This document shows positions 8,775 to 19,136 of a stretch of 64,000 nucleotides of DNA, piece after piece (within the stretch, counting starts at the first letter, position 1; each line of letters opens with the position of its first letter). The notes below the pieces were generated by a model. That model did no database searches, had not been told where the DNA came from, and worked only from the letters and a program-made list of their open reading frames with translations. The position numbers and the translations under genes are program-made. The stretch lies in NCBI GenBank assembly GCA_023409435.1, contig JAEYHP010000055.1, positions 15,773 to 79,772 of the forward strand, written 5' to 3'. This DNA is from Bacillota bacterium (GTDB lineage: Bacteria; Bacillota; Clostridia; Christensenellales; CAG-138).

Positions 8775-9039
8775 ACCCCTTTGTTATACTCTGAGCGCCG
8801 GGGCTTTGCTCCGGCGCTGTTTTTTTACAGCGGAATGCATAATCCGGCGCGATATTGCATAGTATATAAGTTTACAGTAACGTACATTACGATGCGGTTT
8901 TTCGGCGTAATTTTAAAGATGTTGGACTTTCCTGAAGTACGGTCCCGCGTTTCATGCGGTGTCTGGTACATTACAAATAAACAAGAGCAATTCCTCTTTT
9001 TTCTTCATAAAAAGAGGTAGTATAAAAAAGATCGGAGGG

Positions 9040-9645
9040 ATGGATATGACTTGGGCGTCGGGTATTATCGCCATACTCGCAGGGCTTGTGATGTGTTTTT
9101 ACGGCTACCGCCTGTTTCGCGTATGGCTTGCGGTTACGGGCTTTATCGGCGGCGCTTATTTGGGGGATTACCTGGGCAAGGCGTATTTTGAAGGTGCGAT
9201 CTGGCCGGTGGTGCTCGCCATCGCCGTAGGTCTGCTGTTTGCGCTGCTTGCGTACGCACTCTACCGCCTGGGCGTGGTTTTGACGGGCGCAATCTTGGGC
9301 GCGGCGCTTGTGAATATGCTGATGTTTACATCCACCGGGATTGAGGCGGGCTGGCCGCTTGCCGTGGGCGCAATATTGGGCGCGATATTGGCCGGTGTAT
9401 TCATAAAGCCCTACATCATCATAGGCAGTTCCTTAAACGGCGCGTATTTCACCGTGCTTGGCGCATACTCCCTTATCCTGATGAGGGATATGACGCAGGA
9501 AAACCTGTTTGGGCAAAGCCTGCCGTGGTACGTGCTTTTAGCAGCGCTTGTGCTGGCGTTCTTTGGCATCATCGCACAGTTTGGTCTCAATAAGGGACGC
9601 GAGATTGGGGACATGGTAAAGAAAAAGCCGCCTTCGGGCGAATAG
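9040..9645 (+). CDS. DUF4203-like multi-pass membrane protein
   Basis: ATG 9040 with RBS cggaggg. About 6 TM helices rich in G/A/L (GIIAILAGLVMCFYGYRLFRVWLAVTGFIGGAYLG...). The upstream part of the ORF track entry has no RBS support. Confidence 0.6.
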   Translation: MDMTWASGIIAILAGLVMCFYGYRLFRVWLAVTGFIGGAYLGDYLGKAYFEGAIWPVVLAIAVGLLFALLAYALYRLGVVLTGAILGAALVNMLMFTSTGIEAGWPLAVGAILGAILAGVFIKPYIIIGSSLNGAYFTVLGAYSLILMRDMTQENLFGQSLPWYVLLAALVLAFFGIIAQFGLNKGREIGDMVKKKPPSGE

Positions 9646-9665
9646 AAAACGTAGGCCCCATTAAG

Positions 9666-9701
9666 GGCCCCGCGCAGTATTGCGCGGGGCCTGCTTGTTT
9701 T
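9666..9701 (+). terminator. rho-independent terminator (between convergent genes)
   Basis: Perfect palindrome ggccccgcgcagtattgcgcggggcc followed by tgcttgttttt. Confidence 0.75.
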
Positions 9702-12700
9702 TACACCGCCACCGCTTCCCCCGCGCCCAGCAGAACCACGTAGCGTTCAAGCACCGGAAGGCCGGAAAGCGTCTCAAGCGCCTCAGAATAAAGCGAAAGC
9801 TGGCCTGTGTGCTTCTTTGCCGCGTCAACCGGCGTTTCATGAGGGAGCAAAGCGTCGGTCTTATAATCCAGCAGCACCCATCCGCCATCTTCCAGAAAAC
9901 AGCAGTCGATCACGCCCTGTAGCAGCACCTGCTCGCCCGTGCCCTCCAAGGGCAGCCGTTCCACGTCCACGCTGGCGGCGAACTCCAGTTCTCGCTCCAC
10001 TTTGGAGGAGGAGCGCAGCCGCAGCCCCAGCGGGCTTTTCAAAAACGCGGCAATATCCCGCGCGTCCACGGCCTGCGCCTGTTGCTGGGATAATAGGCCC
10101 AGATCCACCATGCGGGCGATTTCATCCTGTACAAAAGAAGTCGCGTCCCCCGCGGGGATGCGGGAAAGGGAAATCTCCTTGAGTATGGCATGCGCGTACG
10201 TGCCGCGCTGTGCGCCCGTAATGCGCGCGGTTTTCCGCGCGAATGCGGGCGCTTCCCGCAAGGAAACGGGGTGCGCGTGCATCAGCTCGCTCACGCTGCG
10301 CTTGGTGGGGATATTGGCTGCTGCCATGTGCGGGTATGCCCAATCAAACCGCTCGCGGATAACGGCAAACAGCCGCGCTTGCTCTTCCTGCTCCGGCTGC
10401 GGTGCTTGCTGCCGCGGCGCGCTAAAGCCGGATACGGCTGCCCGCGTGGTGAACCGCACAGGCAGCGCTTCTGTCTGCATGGCCACGGGCAGCAGCCAGG
10501 ATAAAGCGTTTTTCGCTTTCGTGCAGTAAGCGGGGGTCAGCTCCGTCGCCTGCAACTCCTGCGCCGTTTCCCATGCGTTTTTCATGCTGCCGATGAGTAC
10601 CAGACGGTTTTTCGCCCGCGTCATGCCCACGTAGAGGATGCGCATTTCCTCGGCAAGCTGTTCGCGTAAGAGCCGGTTGGTGATGGCCTGCCGAAAAAGC
10701 GTGTCCCGCCGCACATGCCCTACGCGCACACGCAGCCCTAAACCCAAGTTGGGTTCCGCCACCAGATCGTCCTGCGCGGTGTGGCGGTTAAAATCCTTAC
10801 CCAGACCCGCGCAGAATACCACGGGAAACTCTAAGCCCTTGGAGCCGTGCATGGAAAGCACGCGCACCACGTCTGCGGCGCCCGCCTGCGCGCAGCCCAG
10901 GGTAGCCGTGGCCGCCGCCTTGTCCATGTACTGCAAAAAGCTCCAAAGGTCCAAAGGGAAACCTGCGTCCGCGTACGCCCGGGCGCGCCCAATCAGCGCG
11001 TCCAAATTCGCCTGGCGCTCCTTGCCGTTTGGCAGCGCGCCCACGCAATCGTAATACCCCGTTTCGTCCATCAGCCAGGCGATCAGCTCCGGCAGCGGCA
11101 CAAGCAGCGATTCTTTTTTATACTTCGTGAGTAGAAGAATCACCTGAAGCACGTGTGCGCCAAGCGGCGTATCATACTGGCTGCACATTGTCAGCCGGTC
11201 GATCCACGCCTCGGCGCCATAGTCGGTACGCAGCGTAATCAGTTCTTCAATCGTAAAATGGAACACGGGCGAACGCAGCACGCTGAGCATGGGGATATCC
11301 TGCCGCCGGTTGTCGATCACGCGCAGCAGGTTTAAAAACACCTGCACCTCTATGGCGTCAAAATATCCGCCCGTCAGGTGCACATACGCGGGGAAACCCA
11401 TTTTTGCGAGCGTCTGCGCCCACGCTTCCGCCGCCCTGCGCTGCGCCCGCATCAGTATGGCAAAGTCGGAATATTTTAATGGCCGCGTTCCTCCGTCTTT
11501 ATCCGGGCAGCGGGCAGTTTCCATCAGCTCTCGGATGCGCCGCGCCGCGAGCATGGCCTCGGCTTCGACGTCGTTGGCGATATACGCTTCCTCTTCCTCG
11601 CTTGTGCTTTCCTGCCGGTCTTCCTGTTCCGCATCGTCCGCGGGAACGGGTTCTTCCTCCGGCTTGTCCTCTGCTTCCTCCGGGCCCACGCTTGCGTCTC
11701 CACGTTCTATGACATGGCACTCCACACCCGCAAGCCCGCTGTTTTCCGGCATCTCCTCCGGGCATTTGAGCGCCGCGGTGTCGTCATAGTCTAGTTCTGC
11801 GACCTCTTCGGCCATGATGCGGGAGAACAGAGCGTTCACGGCGTTTATTATCGGGCGCTCGCTTCTGAAATTCGTATTGAGGTGGATCTGCCTGCCCGGC
11901 GCATCCGTTTCGCCCGTATAGGTGCTGAGTTTTTCTAAAAACAACCCCGGGTCGGCCTGACGGAAGCGGTAAATGGACTGTTTGACGTCCCCCACAAGGA
12001 ACACATTGTCCTCGCGGCGTACAGCCTCGATTAAACATTCCTGTATGCGGCTGCTGTCCTGGTACTCGTCTACGAAGATGTACCGGAAGCGGTTCCGGAG
12101 CGCGTTGCGGGTTTCTTCCTCCTCTAAAGCATGCAGCGCCAGGTGCTCCATGTCCGAGAAATCCACCACGCCGTGCCCGCGCTTTAATTCCGCGTACCGC
12201 GCGTCCACATCCCGCACAAACGCGCACAGCGCCCCGACCTGCGGCGCGATGGCGTTGAAAAACTCGGCTTCTTCTTCCAGAGACCGCGCAAGCAAATCCT
12301 GCTGCCGTTTGATCTCTTTTCTGGCTCTGTCCCGGAGCGCGGCGACCCGTTCTTTTAATTCCGGCTCCACGTCCCCGCGCGGCCACGCAAAGCGGCCGAA
12401 GGAGACGGACAATAGCTGTGCCCGGTACTGCGGCAGCGACTGTATTTTGCCTAAAAACAACGCGCCGACCTGCGCGAGCTCCATGTCAAGAAGCGAGCGG
12501 GTGGCCGCATACTCCGCCGGGGTCAGCTCCCGCGCGCGGCGCAGATTGTCATACTGGTTCCGCGCTTCGGCCCGCAAATCTTTACACAGCGCAAACAGCG
12601 CGGGGTGCTCCATAAATTCCGCGCCGGTGAGCGAATACTGCGTTTCCGCATGGGCAAGCCATTCCCATGGATCGGGCTGGGCCATCAAAAAGCGGTGGAG

Positions 12701-13216
12701 CTTGAGCGTGTGGGAAAATACGTTTTCCTCCCCGCCCGCCCCGTGCAACAGGGCGATAAACGCGGCATCCTCTGCCTCATACCGCTTTGCCGCCGTTTCC
12801 TCCAGCGCCTGCTGGAGCAGCATGGAGGACTGCACCTCGTCCGCCGGGCGGAAGCCGGGGTCCAACCCCAGCCGGTGGAAATTGCGCCTTAAAATATACA
12901 AACAAAACTTGTGCAGCGTGGAAATGTTGGCGCGGCCCACGGAAAGCGCCTCGCGCCGCAAGCGGGAGGCCGCTTCGGGGTCAATTTCATCTAATGCCGA
13001 TTTATACAGGCGCGCTGAAATGCGGCGCTTCATTTCTTCCGTGGCGGCTTCCGTGAACGTCACCACCAGGAACTGGTCGATATCCGTGCCCGCGCAAACA
13101 AGCCGGGCAATCCGCTCGGTCAGTACGGCAGTCTTTCCACTGCCCGCGGCTGCGCTGACCAGAAGATTGACGTTTTCGACTTGTATGGCGTCCTGCTGCG
13201 CTTTTGTCCATGGCAT
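9701..13216 (-). CDS. addA: ATP-dependent helicase/nuclease subunit A (AddA)
   Basis: ATG 13216 (MPWTKAQQDAI) with RBS taggagg. UvrD-type Walker A VSAAAGSGKT, then VDEYQD, TNFRS and the C-terminal RecB-family nuclease GVIDCCF...LLDYKTD. Lies directly downstream of addB. Confidence 0.92.
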   Translation of the reverse strand: MPWTKAQQDAIQVENVNLLVSAAAGSGKTAVLTERIARLVCAGTDIDQFLVVTFTEAATEEMKRRISARLYKSALDEIDPEAASRLRREALSVGRANISTLHKFCLYILRRNFHRLGLDPGFRPADEVQSSMLLQQALEETAAKRYEAEDAAFIALLHGAGGEENVFSHTLKLHRFLMAQPDPWEWLAHAETQYSLTGAEFMEHPALFALCKDLRAEARNQYDNLRRARELTPAEYAATRSLLDMELAQVGALFLGKIQSLPQYRAQLLSVSFGRFAWPRGDVEPELKERVAALRDRARKEIKRQQDLLARSLEEEAEFFNAIAPQVGALCAFVRDVDARYAELKRGHGVVDFSDMEHLALHALEEEETRNALRNRFRYIFVDEYQDSSRIQECLIEAVRREDNVFLVGDVKQSIYRFRQADPGLFLEKLSTYTGETDAPGRQIHLNTNFRSERPIINAVNALFSRIMAEEVAELDYDDTAALKCPEEMPENSGLAGVECHVIERGDASVGPEEAEDKPEEEPVPADDAEQEDRQESTSEEEEAYIANDVEAEAMLAARRIRELMETARCPDKDGGTRPLKYSDFAILMRAQRRAAEAWAQTLAKMGFPAYVHLTGGYFDAIEVQVFLNLLRVIDNRRQDIPMLSVLRSPVFHFTIEELITLRTDYGAEAWIDRLTMCSQYDTPLGAHVLQVILLLTKYKKESLLVPLPELIAWLMDETGYYDCVGALPNGKERQANLDALIGRARAYADAGFPLDLWSFLQYMDKAAATATLGCAQAGAADVVRVLSMHGSKGLEFPVVFCAGLGKDFNRHTAQDDLVAEPNLGLGLRVRVGHVRRDTLFRQAITNRLLREQLAEEMRILYVGMTRAKNRLVLIGSMKNAWETAQELQATELTPAYCTKAKNALSWLLPVAMQTEALPVRFTTRAAVSGFSAPRQQAPQPEQEEQARLFAVIRERFDWAYPHMAAANIPTKRSVSELMHAHPVSLREAPAFARKTARITGAQRGTYAHAILKEISLSRIPAGDATSFVQDEIARMVDLGLLSQQQAQAVDARDIAAFLKSPLGLRLRSSSKVERELEFAASVDVERLPLEGTGEQVLLQGVIDCCFLEDGGWVLLDYKTDALLPHETPVDAAKKHTGQLSLYSEALETLSGLPVLERYVVLLGAGEAVAV

Positions 13217-13257
13217 GGGCTGTCCTCCTAGGCGGGGATTGGCTATAAAATAAAAAA

Positions 13258-13315
13258 TGGGATCCAAGGGCCGTTACGGCCCTTGGCGGGGGATTGGGGG
13301 CGGAACCCCCAACGT
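13258..13315 (+). repeat. hairpin element, A-B core, located between addB and addA
   Basis: tgggatccaagggccgttacggcccttggcgggggattgggggcggaacccccaacgt. The stems differ from other copies by paired (compensatory) changes. Confidence 0.8.
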
Positions 13316-13353
13316 TTCTTAGAAGAGTTCGGGCAGAGCTCGCATCGTACCTG

Positions 13354-16300
13354 CTATTCCTGTTCCTGTGTTGTAAGCTGATCAAAGAACTCCTGCTTGC
13401 TGCGCTTCTTCAAGTCCCGCACGCGGCAGTTTGGAAGCCGCGCATCGAAACGGCAGACGCTTTTATAGTCGCAATATGCGCAGGCGGTACTCTTGCCCAT
13501 TTTAACGGGGGCGGCGGCGACACGGCCGGAAATGAGCTCCGCGGCGATCTCGCCGGTGCGTTTTACGGCAAAGGATAGGAGCTTTTGCATCTCGTCCGCG
13601 CTCAACAGCCGCGCGTGCTCCTTGATACTTGAATCTTTCTTGCGCTGCAAACCGTCCACCACTTCGGAAGCACCGGAAAGATCGCGCTCCGTGACGGAAA
13701 GGATTTGATCATCCCGCTGGAGCACGCCGATCAAACGCATTTTCTTTTGCAGCTTGTCTTCCCCGCCTTCGTCGGCGACGGGGTCCAGCACCGGCTGGTA
13801 GAACGCACCCGCGGGGGAGGCGTTTTCGGCTTTTATTGCGGCGGCAAGGTAGACGGGCAGTTGCAGCTTGAGGCCGTCGGCGATGCCTTCGTAGGATAAG
13901 CTGCGGTTGCCGGTCTTATAATCCACCACGCGGATCAGGCGCTCGCCGTTTTTTTCTGCGGCGTCCACGCGGTCGATTGCGCCGGAAAGCAACAGCTCTC
14001 CGCCGTCTGGAAGTGGTACCGTTACAGGCGGCAGCTCCTCGTCCGGTCCAAAGCGCAGTTCCAGTCCCACGGGCCGGAAGTCACCTTTTTTGAAGCTTTC
14101 GCACAGCGCCCAGGCGGTCTCCCGGACGGCGGCGATATAAAAGGAGGATAGCGCACGGGCGCGCGGGGTAGCAATCAGCATGCCGTCCTGGTAGCGGGCA
14201 AGGCAATCGGGCAGGATTCCATTCAGCAGCGCCTCGCAGTCCTCCCGCGCGATAATTGTCCAATCATAGCGGCGCTGGGCTTCCCGCACGAATGCTTCGA
14301 GCGCCATATGCGAAAAACTGCCGATATCGGATTTTTTTTCTTTGTATTCTTTGCGCGGCAAGGCTTTGAGCCCGTACTGTGCAAAGTGCTGGAACGGGCA
14401 GGTGCGGAAGGTTTCCAAGCGGCTCACCGTGCTGAACACGCGTTTTCCGTAAAGCTTGCGGGCAAGCGGCGCGCCGAAGGAAGGCGGCACGGTGGGCTCT
14501 TTTGCAAATGCCTCCGCCTGGGAAAGCCGCGCGGCGTATGTGCTATCCTGCGCAAAGTAGCCGCGCAGCGCGGCATCCAGCGGGTTCGAAGAGCTCAAGT
14601 TTTGCAGCAATTGCAAAAATCCGCTTTGCGGGCTCTGCGGCAGCGTTTTTATTGCGGTGGATTGCTCTATACAATTTGGGAACAGCTCGCGGATACGGTC
14701 GATCAGGCTGGCGGGCAGCAGCTCGCGCTTTCCGTCGGAATAGGAAAACCCGAACCACAGCCGCTCGCTGGCGCGCGAAAGCGCGCGATAAATCGAAAGT
14801 CTGTCCAGCTGCGCGCGGTACGCGGTGCTGCCCCAGGGGGCAAGGCCCATGCCTGAAAGCGCATTGAGTTCGTTGTCGTCTATAATCTCTTCGTCCATGC
14901 GCGGGGCGGGTAAGAGGCCTTCGTTGCAGCCGAGCAGAAACAGCGCCCGCACCTCGCGGCTTCGGGTGCGATTGAGGTCGCCGAATAGCACTTGGTCTGC
15001 CGTGGCGGGGATGATACCCACCTGGTAGGCCGAAAGCGCCTCGGTCAGGACCTCAATGTATTCCTGTTTGCCCATGTCGGCTTCGCCCAGTATGGCATAA
15101 AGCTGCTCAAAAAGCTGTATCAGCACGTCCCAGACCTGCGCGTGCTCTTCCATCAGCGCAAAGCGGTTCTCTTGACGAAGCTGGTCCACGCTTTCCAAAA
15201 GCCGCTGTTCCACATGCAGGTCCCTAAGATAGTCATAGAGCGCCTGCGTCTTTTCGCCCGCGGTCTTGCCCGTCATACCGGTCCTTAACCGGAGAAGCGG
15301 TTCAACGAGCGCAATTCGCGCGCGCTCCGCGGCTTCCTCCTCCGGTGGGAAGGAAGTCTCAAATATCTTACCGCCCAGCAGGCCGCGCCGGAGCACATAG
15401 TTTTCAAACGCCTCGGCGTCGCCAAGCGTGACGCCCGCGAGATTGGTCTTTAAAATGCGCAGCAGTTCCGCGCGGGGAAGCCCATTTGTTGCACGGGCGG
15501 CGGAGAGCATCAGTTCCACGCTGGGGTGGCCCTGCATGCTGCGGCGCGCGTCCATAAACAGCGGGATGTTCCTTCTTGCGAACGCGCGCGTCACAAGGTC
15601 CGCGTAGGCGTTCAAGTCGGAGGCGATCACGGCCATGTCCCGGTAGCGGATGCCGGAACGGGCGGAAGCGATCACAGCGTCCGCCAGCGCCTCTACCTCG
15701 CTTGCGCGGTCTACCGCGCCCAAAAGCGAAACAGCTTCGATTTTCCCTTCATACGGGTGCGGGGTATAGACATATAGGAATTCCTCCAGCCGCACAAGCT
15801 CCGGATGCCGGCTCCCGTGGTAGTTGGGAAGCTCCACGGTTTTTACGCTGCAGCCTATGGAATAGGCAAGCGCGCTTAGACGTTCATAGGCGGCGCGTTC
15901 GGGCGCAAACAGCGAAGCGTCCGGCGCACCTTCCTTCGGGTCCAGACACAGCGTGAAGGTGAGCGAATGCGCGGCGAGCATCAGGGACTGTAAAATTTCA
16001 TACAGCTGCTCGGTCAAAAGCTCAAACCCGTCGATATATACGTCCGCACCCCGCAGCATGGAGGAAGGGATGCGGTCGATCATCGCGCGCTTCGAGCCCT
16101 CGCTGTCGAGATAATGCTCGTCCAAGTATTCCTGTGTGGTACGGTAGAGGATTGCGATATCATGGAGTTTGCCGGAAAGCGCGTCGACCGCGGGGAGTTG
16201 TTCCGCGGCTTCCTGCAGCATGTCCGGCGTAATGAGAAACTGGCGGCATTTTGTAAACAGCGCGTCCATATGCGCGGCAAAGCCCGCGCGCCGCGCCACG

Positions 16301-16617
16301 GCGGAAAACACGGTAAGGTTGGAATATTCCCTGTGCACCGCGCGGCGCACGATCATCCGCCGCCCTTGGGCGCTCAAATGTTCCCGCGCGTCGGCCGCGG
16401 CGATGCGCTCTGTCAGACGTTCAAAGCTCAATACCTGTATGCCCAATAGACCGCCCAGATCTGTCGCCAGCGCGCGCTCCGTTTCAAACGTGAACTGCTC
16501 GGGCACAAGCAATATGGCGCGCTTTAACTGCTGCCTGAGCGCCGAAAGCTCCTGCTTGATAAAATAGGTCTTCCCCGAGCCTGCCCGGCCCAGCAAAAAG
16601 CGGACTTGTGCGGGCAT
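13354..16617 (-). CDS. addB: ATP-dependent helicase/deoxyribonuclease subunit B (AddB)
   Basis: 1087 aa. N-terminal Walker A LLGRAGSGKT. C-terminal nuclease/Fe-S region with C...CPFQHF ... DYKTG ... CAYCDYKSVC. Upstream partner of addA. Confidence 0.9.
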   Translation of the reverse strand: MPAQVRFLLGRAGSGKTYFIKQELSALRQQLKRAILLVPEQFTFETERALATDLGGLLGIQVLSFERLTERIAAADAREHLSAQGRRMIVRRAVHREYSNLTVFSAVARRAGFAAHMDALFTKCRQFLITPDMLQEAAEQLPAVDALSGKLHDIAILYRTTQEYLDEHYLDSEGSKRAMIDRIPSSMLRGADVYIDGFELLTEQLYEILQSLMLAAHSLTFTLCLDPKEGAPDASLFAPERAAYERLSALAYSIGCSVKTVELPNYHGSRHPELVRLEEFLYVYTPHPYEGKIEAVSLLGAVDRASEVEALADAVIASARSGIRYRDMAVIASDLNAYADLVTRAFARRNIPLFMDARRSMQGHPSVELMLSAARATNGLPRAELLRILKTNLAGVTLGDAEAFENYVLRRGLLGGKIFETSFPPEEEAAERARIALVEPLLRLRTGMTGKTAGEKTQALYDYLRDLHVEQRLLESVDQLRQENRFALMEEHAQVWDVLIQLFEQLYAILGEADMGKQEYIEVLTEALSAYQVGIIPATADQVLFGDLNRTRSREVRALFLLGCNEGLLPAPRMDEEIIDDNELNALSGMGLAPWGSTAYRAQLDRLSIYRALSRASERLWFGFSYSDGKRELLPASLIDRIRELFPNCIEQSTAIKTLPQSPQSGFLQLLQNLSSSNPLDAALRGYFAQDSTYAARLSQAEAFAKEPTVPPSFGAPLARKLYGKRVFSTVSRLETFRTCPFQHFAQYGLKALPRKEYKEKKSDIGSFSHMALEAFVREAQRRYDWTIIAREDCEALLNGILPDCLARYQDGMLIATPRARALSSFYIAAVRETAWALCESFKKGDFRPVGLELRFGPDEELPPVTVPLPDGGELLLSGAIDRVDAAEKNGERLIRVVDYKTGNRSLSYEGIADGLKLQLPVYLAAAIKAENASPAGAFYQPVLDPVADEGGEDKLQKKMRLIGVLQRDDQILSVTERDLSGASEVVDGLQRKKDSSIKEHARLLSADEMQKLLSFAVKRTGEIAAELISGRVAAAPVKMGKSTACAYCDYKSVCRFDARLPNCRVRDLKKRSKQEFFDQLTTQEQE

Positions 16618-16626
16618 ACTTCCTCC

Positions 16627-17184
16627 TTAAAGAGCGCCCAGCGCGGCCTTGTGCAGCGGCGTATATACCATGCGCCCGTCCTCGTTCCTGCTTTCAAACA
16701 GCACCAAGCGGTTGGCTGTGAATGCAACGCCTTCCTTCGCGTCCGCTAAGATGTTTCCGAGCGCCTCCGCATCCTCTATGTCGGGCAGGGTGCGCGCAAG
16801 CGTGATATGCGGCGTCAGGCGCTTGTGCCCGCCGGAAAGCGGAAACCCGCGCGCCGAAAGCTCCGCGGTGAGCGTTTCGTGCAGCCGATATAGTTCCGGC
16901 AAGTCGCCCGAAAGCGAAACATAGCCCGTGCGGCTGTTGCCGTGCACAAAGCTGCCGTAGGAGGAAAGGCGCAGCAAGAACGGGCGGATGCCGCGCACCG
17001 CCTCATCGCACGCAGCGGCGGCCCCGGTCAAATCGTTGCTCTCCCCTATAAAATGCAGCGTCAGGTGAAAATTCTCCCTGGGCACATAACGTCCCCCATT
17101 CGCAATAGAGCGCAGCCGGTTCTGCGCGAGCATAAGCGCTCTTGCTACATCAGGCGGAACGGGGATGGCGATAAACAAACGCAT
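16627..17184 (-). CDS. thpR: RNA 2',3'-cyclic phosphodiesterase (2H phosphoesterase, LigT/ThpR family)
   Basis: 185 aa with the two H-x-T-x motifs, HLTLHFIGE and HITLAR. RBS tatggagg. Confidence 0.85.
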   Translation of the reverse strand: MRLFIAIPVPPDVARALMLAQNRLRSIANGGRYVPRENFHLTLHFIGESNDLTGAAAACDEAVRGIRPFLLRLSSYGSFVHGNSRTGYVSLSGDLPELYRLHETLTAELSARGFPLSGGHKRLTPHITLARTLPDIEDAEALGNILADAKEGVAFTANRLVLFESRNEDGRMVYTPLHKAALGAL

Positions 17185-17337
17185 GATTGAACCTCCATAA
17201 AGCGGGTAACTATATTATAGCACAAGATAAGGGCAGATTCCGGAAGCAGGAAACAGAGATTTGACTTGACAAAATGCCCGTATTGTGTTAAAAAATCTAG
17301 TGAGTGAGAACGCTCAAATAGTAACCGGCAGAGAGGA

Positions 17338-17580
17338 GTGATTGCCGTGAAGATCAAGAACATCAACAACCCCAAGCGCTTTTTTGAGGTCCTCAATCAG
17401 TGCCATGGACGCGTAGAACTGATTACTTCCGAAGGCGACAGGCTCAACTTAAAGAGCACACTGTGCCAGTATATCGCGCTTACGCAGATGTTCAAGGACG
17501 CCCGCATCGACGATGTGGAGCTGATCGTCTCCGAACCCGAAGATTTCGCCAAGCTCTTGGAGTTCCTGGTACGCGGTTAA
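17338..17580 (+). CDS. hypothetical small protein (about 78-80 aa)
   Basis: GTG start at 17338 or 17347, after RBS agaggag. Followed by terminator 17637-17664. I recognise no family. Confidence 0.5.
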   Translation: MIAVKIKNINNPKRFFEVLNQCHGRVELITSEGDRLNLKSTLCQYIALTQMFKDARIDDVELIVSEPEDFAKLLEFLVRG

Positions 17581-17636
17581 GGGTCGGACACAAAAGCGTC
17601 GGCTGACGCCGACAATTTTATTTTTGTAAAAGTTTT

Positions 17637-17664
17637 GCGGAGAGGTTCCTCTCCGCTTTGTTTT
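17637..17664 (+). terminator. rho-independent terminator
   Basis: gcggagaggttcctctccgc followed by tttgtttt. Confidence 0.7.
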
Positions 17665-17713
17665 ATCTGAAATGGCAAATAAGTGGGCAAACGGCCCGCA
17701 TCCGCGGAGGCAT

Positions 17714-18490
17714 ATGCGGTATTTTGTGGTGGATGCGTTTTCGGAAAATTTATTCAGGAGGAATTCCGCGGGCGTATGCGTGCTGGATGCGCCCATATCC
17801 GCGGAGCTGATGCAGCGGATCGCTGCGGAAAACAACCTATCTGAGACAGCGTTTGTGCTGCGGACGGAGGGTCATTACAGCTTAAGGTGGTTCACACCCA
17901 AGGCGGAAATCGATCTTTGCGGCCACGCGACGCTGGGGACAGCGTTTGTCATCCGGAACTTTGTGGATAAAAATGTTGAACAGATGCACTTTGCAACCAA
18001 AAGCGGCATGCTGCATGTGCAGGTACAGGGCGACAAATACGTGCTGGATTTTCCCGCCCGCATGCCCAGGCCGGTTCCCGTTGCCAAAGAGATGGCGGAG
18101 GCGATCAAAGCGGAACCCATGGAGGCCCACCTTTCGCGGGATTTGATGCTGGTATTGAAAAGCGAGGAGGAGGTAATGTCCCTCCAGCCGGATTTTGAAA
18201 AGCTATCTCTTTTGGAACCCGGCCTTGGCGTGATCGTAACCGCAAAAGGGAAGCAGCACGATTTTGTTTCGCGGTGCTTTTTCCCCAAGCTGGGCGTCCC
18301 GGAAGATCCTGTTACCGGCTCTGCCCACTGTAATTTGATTCCCTATTGGGCGGAACGTCTTGGCCGCCAAAATCTTGTGGCGGCGCAGCTTTCCGCACGC
18401 GGCGGCGTGCTCTATTGCGAACACAAAGGCGACCGCGTGGAGATAGGCGGCAAGGCGGCGCTGTGCCTGCAAGGCGAACTGATAATATGA
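17714..18490 (+). CDS. PhzF family isomerase
   Basis: ATG 17714 (MRYFVVDAFSE...). Motifs NLSETAFV, DLCGHATL and DPVTGSAHC are typical of the PhzF/YddE family. Confidence 0.85.
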   Translation: MRYFVVDAFSENLFRRNSAGVCVLDAPISAELMQRIAAENNLSETAFVLRTEGHYSLRWFTPKAEIDLCGHATLGTAFVIRNFVDKNVEQMHFATKSGMLHVQVQGDKYVLDFPARMPRPVPVAKEMAEAIKAEPMEAHLSRDLMLVLKSEEEVMSLQPDFEKLSLLEPGLGVIVTAKGKQHDFVSRCFFPKLGVPEDPVTGSAHCNLIPYWAERLGRQNLVAAQLSARGGVLYCEHKGDRVEIGGKAALCLQGELII

Positions 18491-18521
18491 GATGGCTATT
18501 GATTGAAAAAGGGGTGAACGG

Positions 18522-19136
18522 ATGCAGATGGACCTCGACCGGTTGAAGGAAAGCTTTCGGAAAAGAAATATTGAAGTGATATTCTTTGAAACTCTGGATG
18601 CGGCTAAGTTCCATATCCTCAATACCGTTCCGGCAGAATGCACGGTTGGAATCGGGCATTCCGGCACGCTCCAGAATATGAATCTTACAAATGCCCTGCT
18701 GGAAAGGGGCAATACGGTCTATGATAAGGAGCTTGCGCATGATAGCGGCGAATGCAAGGCGTTAAAGAAAAAAGCGCTTCTTGCGGACTGGTACATTACA
18801 GGTTCCAATGCCGTATCCATGGATGGTAGGATTGTGAATGTGGACCACAGCGGCAACCGCGTGGCGGCAATTTCCTTTGGGCCGGATCACGTCATAATCG
18901 TTGTTGGCAAAAATAAGATCGCGCCCACCCTCGAGGAAGCAATCCAACGGGTAAAAAACATTGCCTGTCCGCTGAATGCGAAACGGGCAGGCTTTCATCC
19001 TCCGTGTGTCGCGTTAAACCGCTGCGTTGACTGTGTCTCAGAAGAAAGGGTATGCAACATCCTTTCCATTGTTGAAGGCCAGACGGACAGCAACAGAATA
19101 AAATTGCTTATCGTCGATGAAGAATGCGGGTTTTGA
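18522..19136 (+). CDS. LUD domain-containing protein (LutC/YkgG-like, DUF162)
   Basis: 204 aa. Contains GIGHSGTL, ITGSNAVSMDGRIVNVDHSGNRV and VIIVVGKNKI, plus a C-terminal Cys cluster CPLNAKRAG...CV..C..C. Confidence 0.7.
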   Translation: MQMDLDRLKESFRKRNIEVIFFETLDAAKFHILNTVPAECTVGIGHSGTLQNMNLTNALLERGNTVYDKELAHDSGECKALKKKALLADWYITGSNAVSMDGRIVNVDHSGNRVAAISFGPDHVIIVVGKNKIAPTLEEAIQRVKNIACPLNAKRAGFHPPCVALNRCVDCVSEERVCNILSIVEGQTDSNRIKLLIVDEECGF

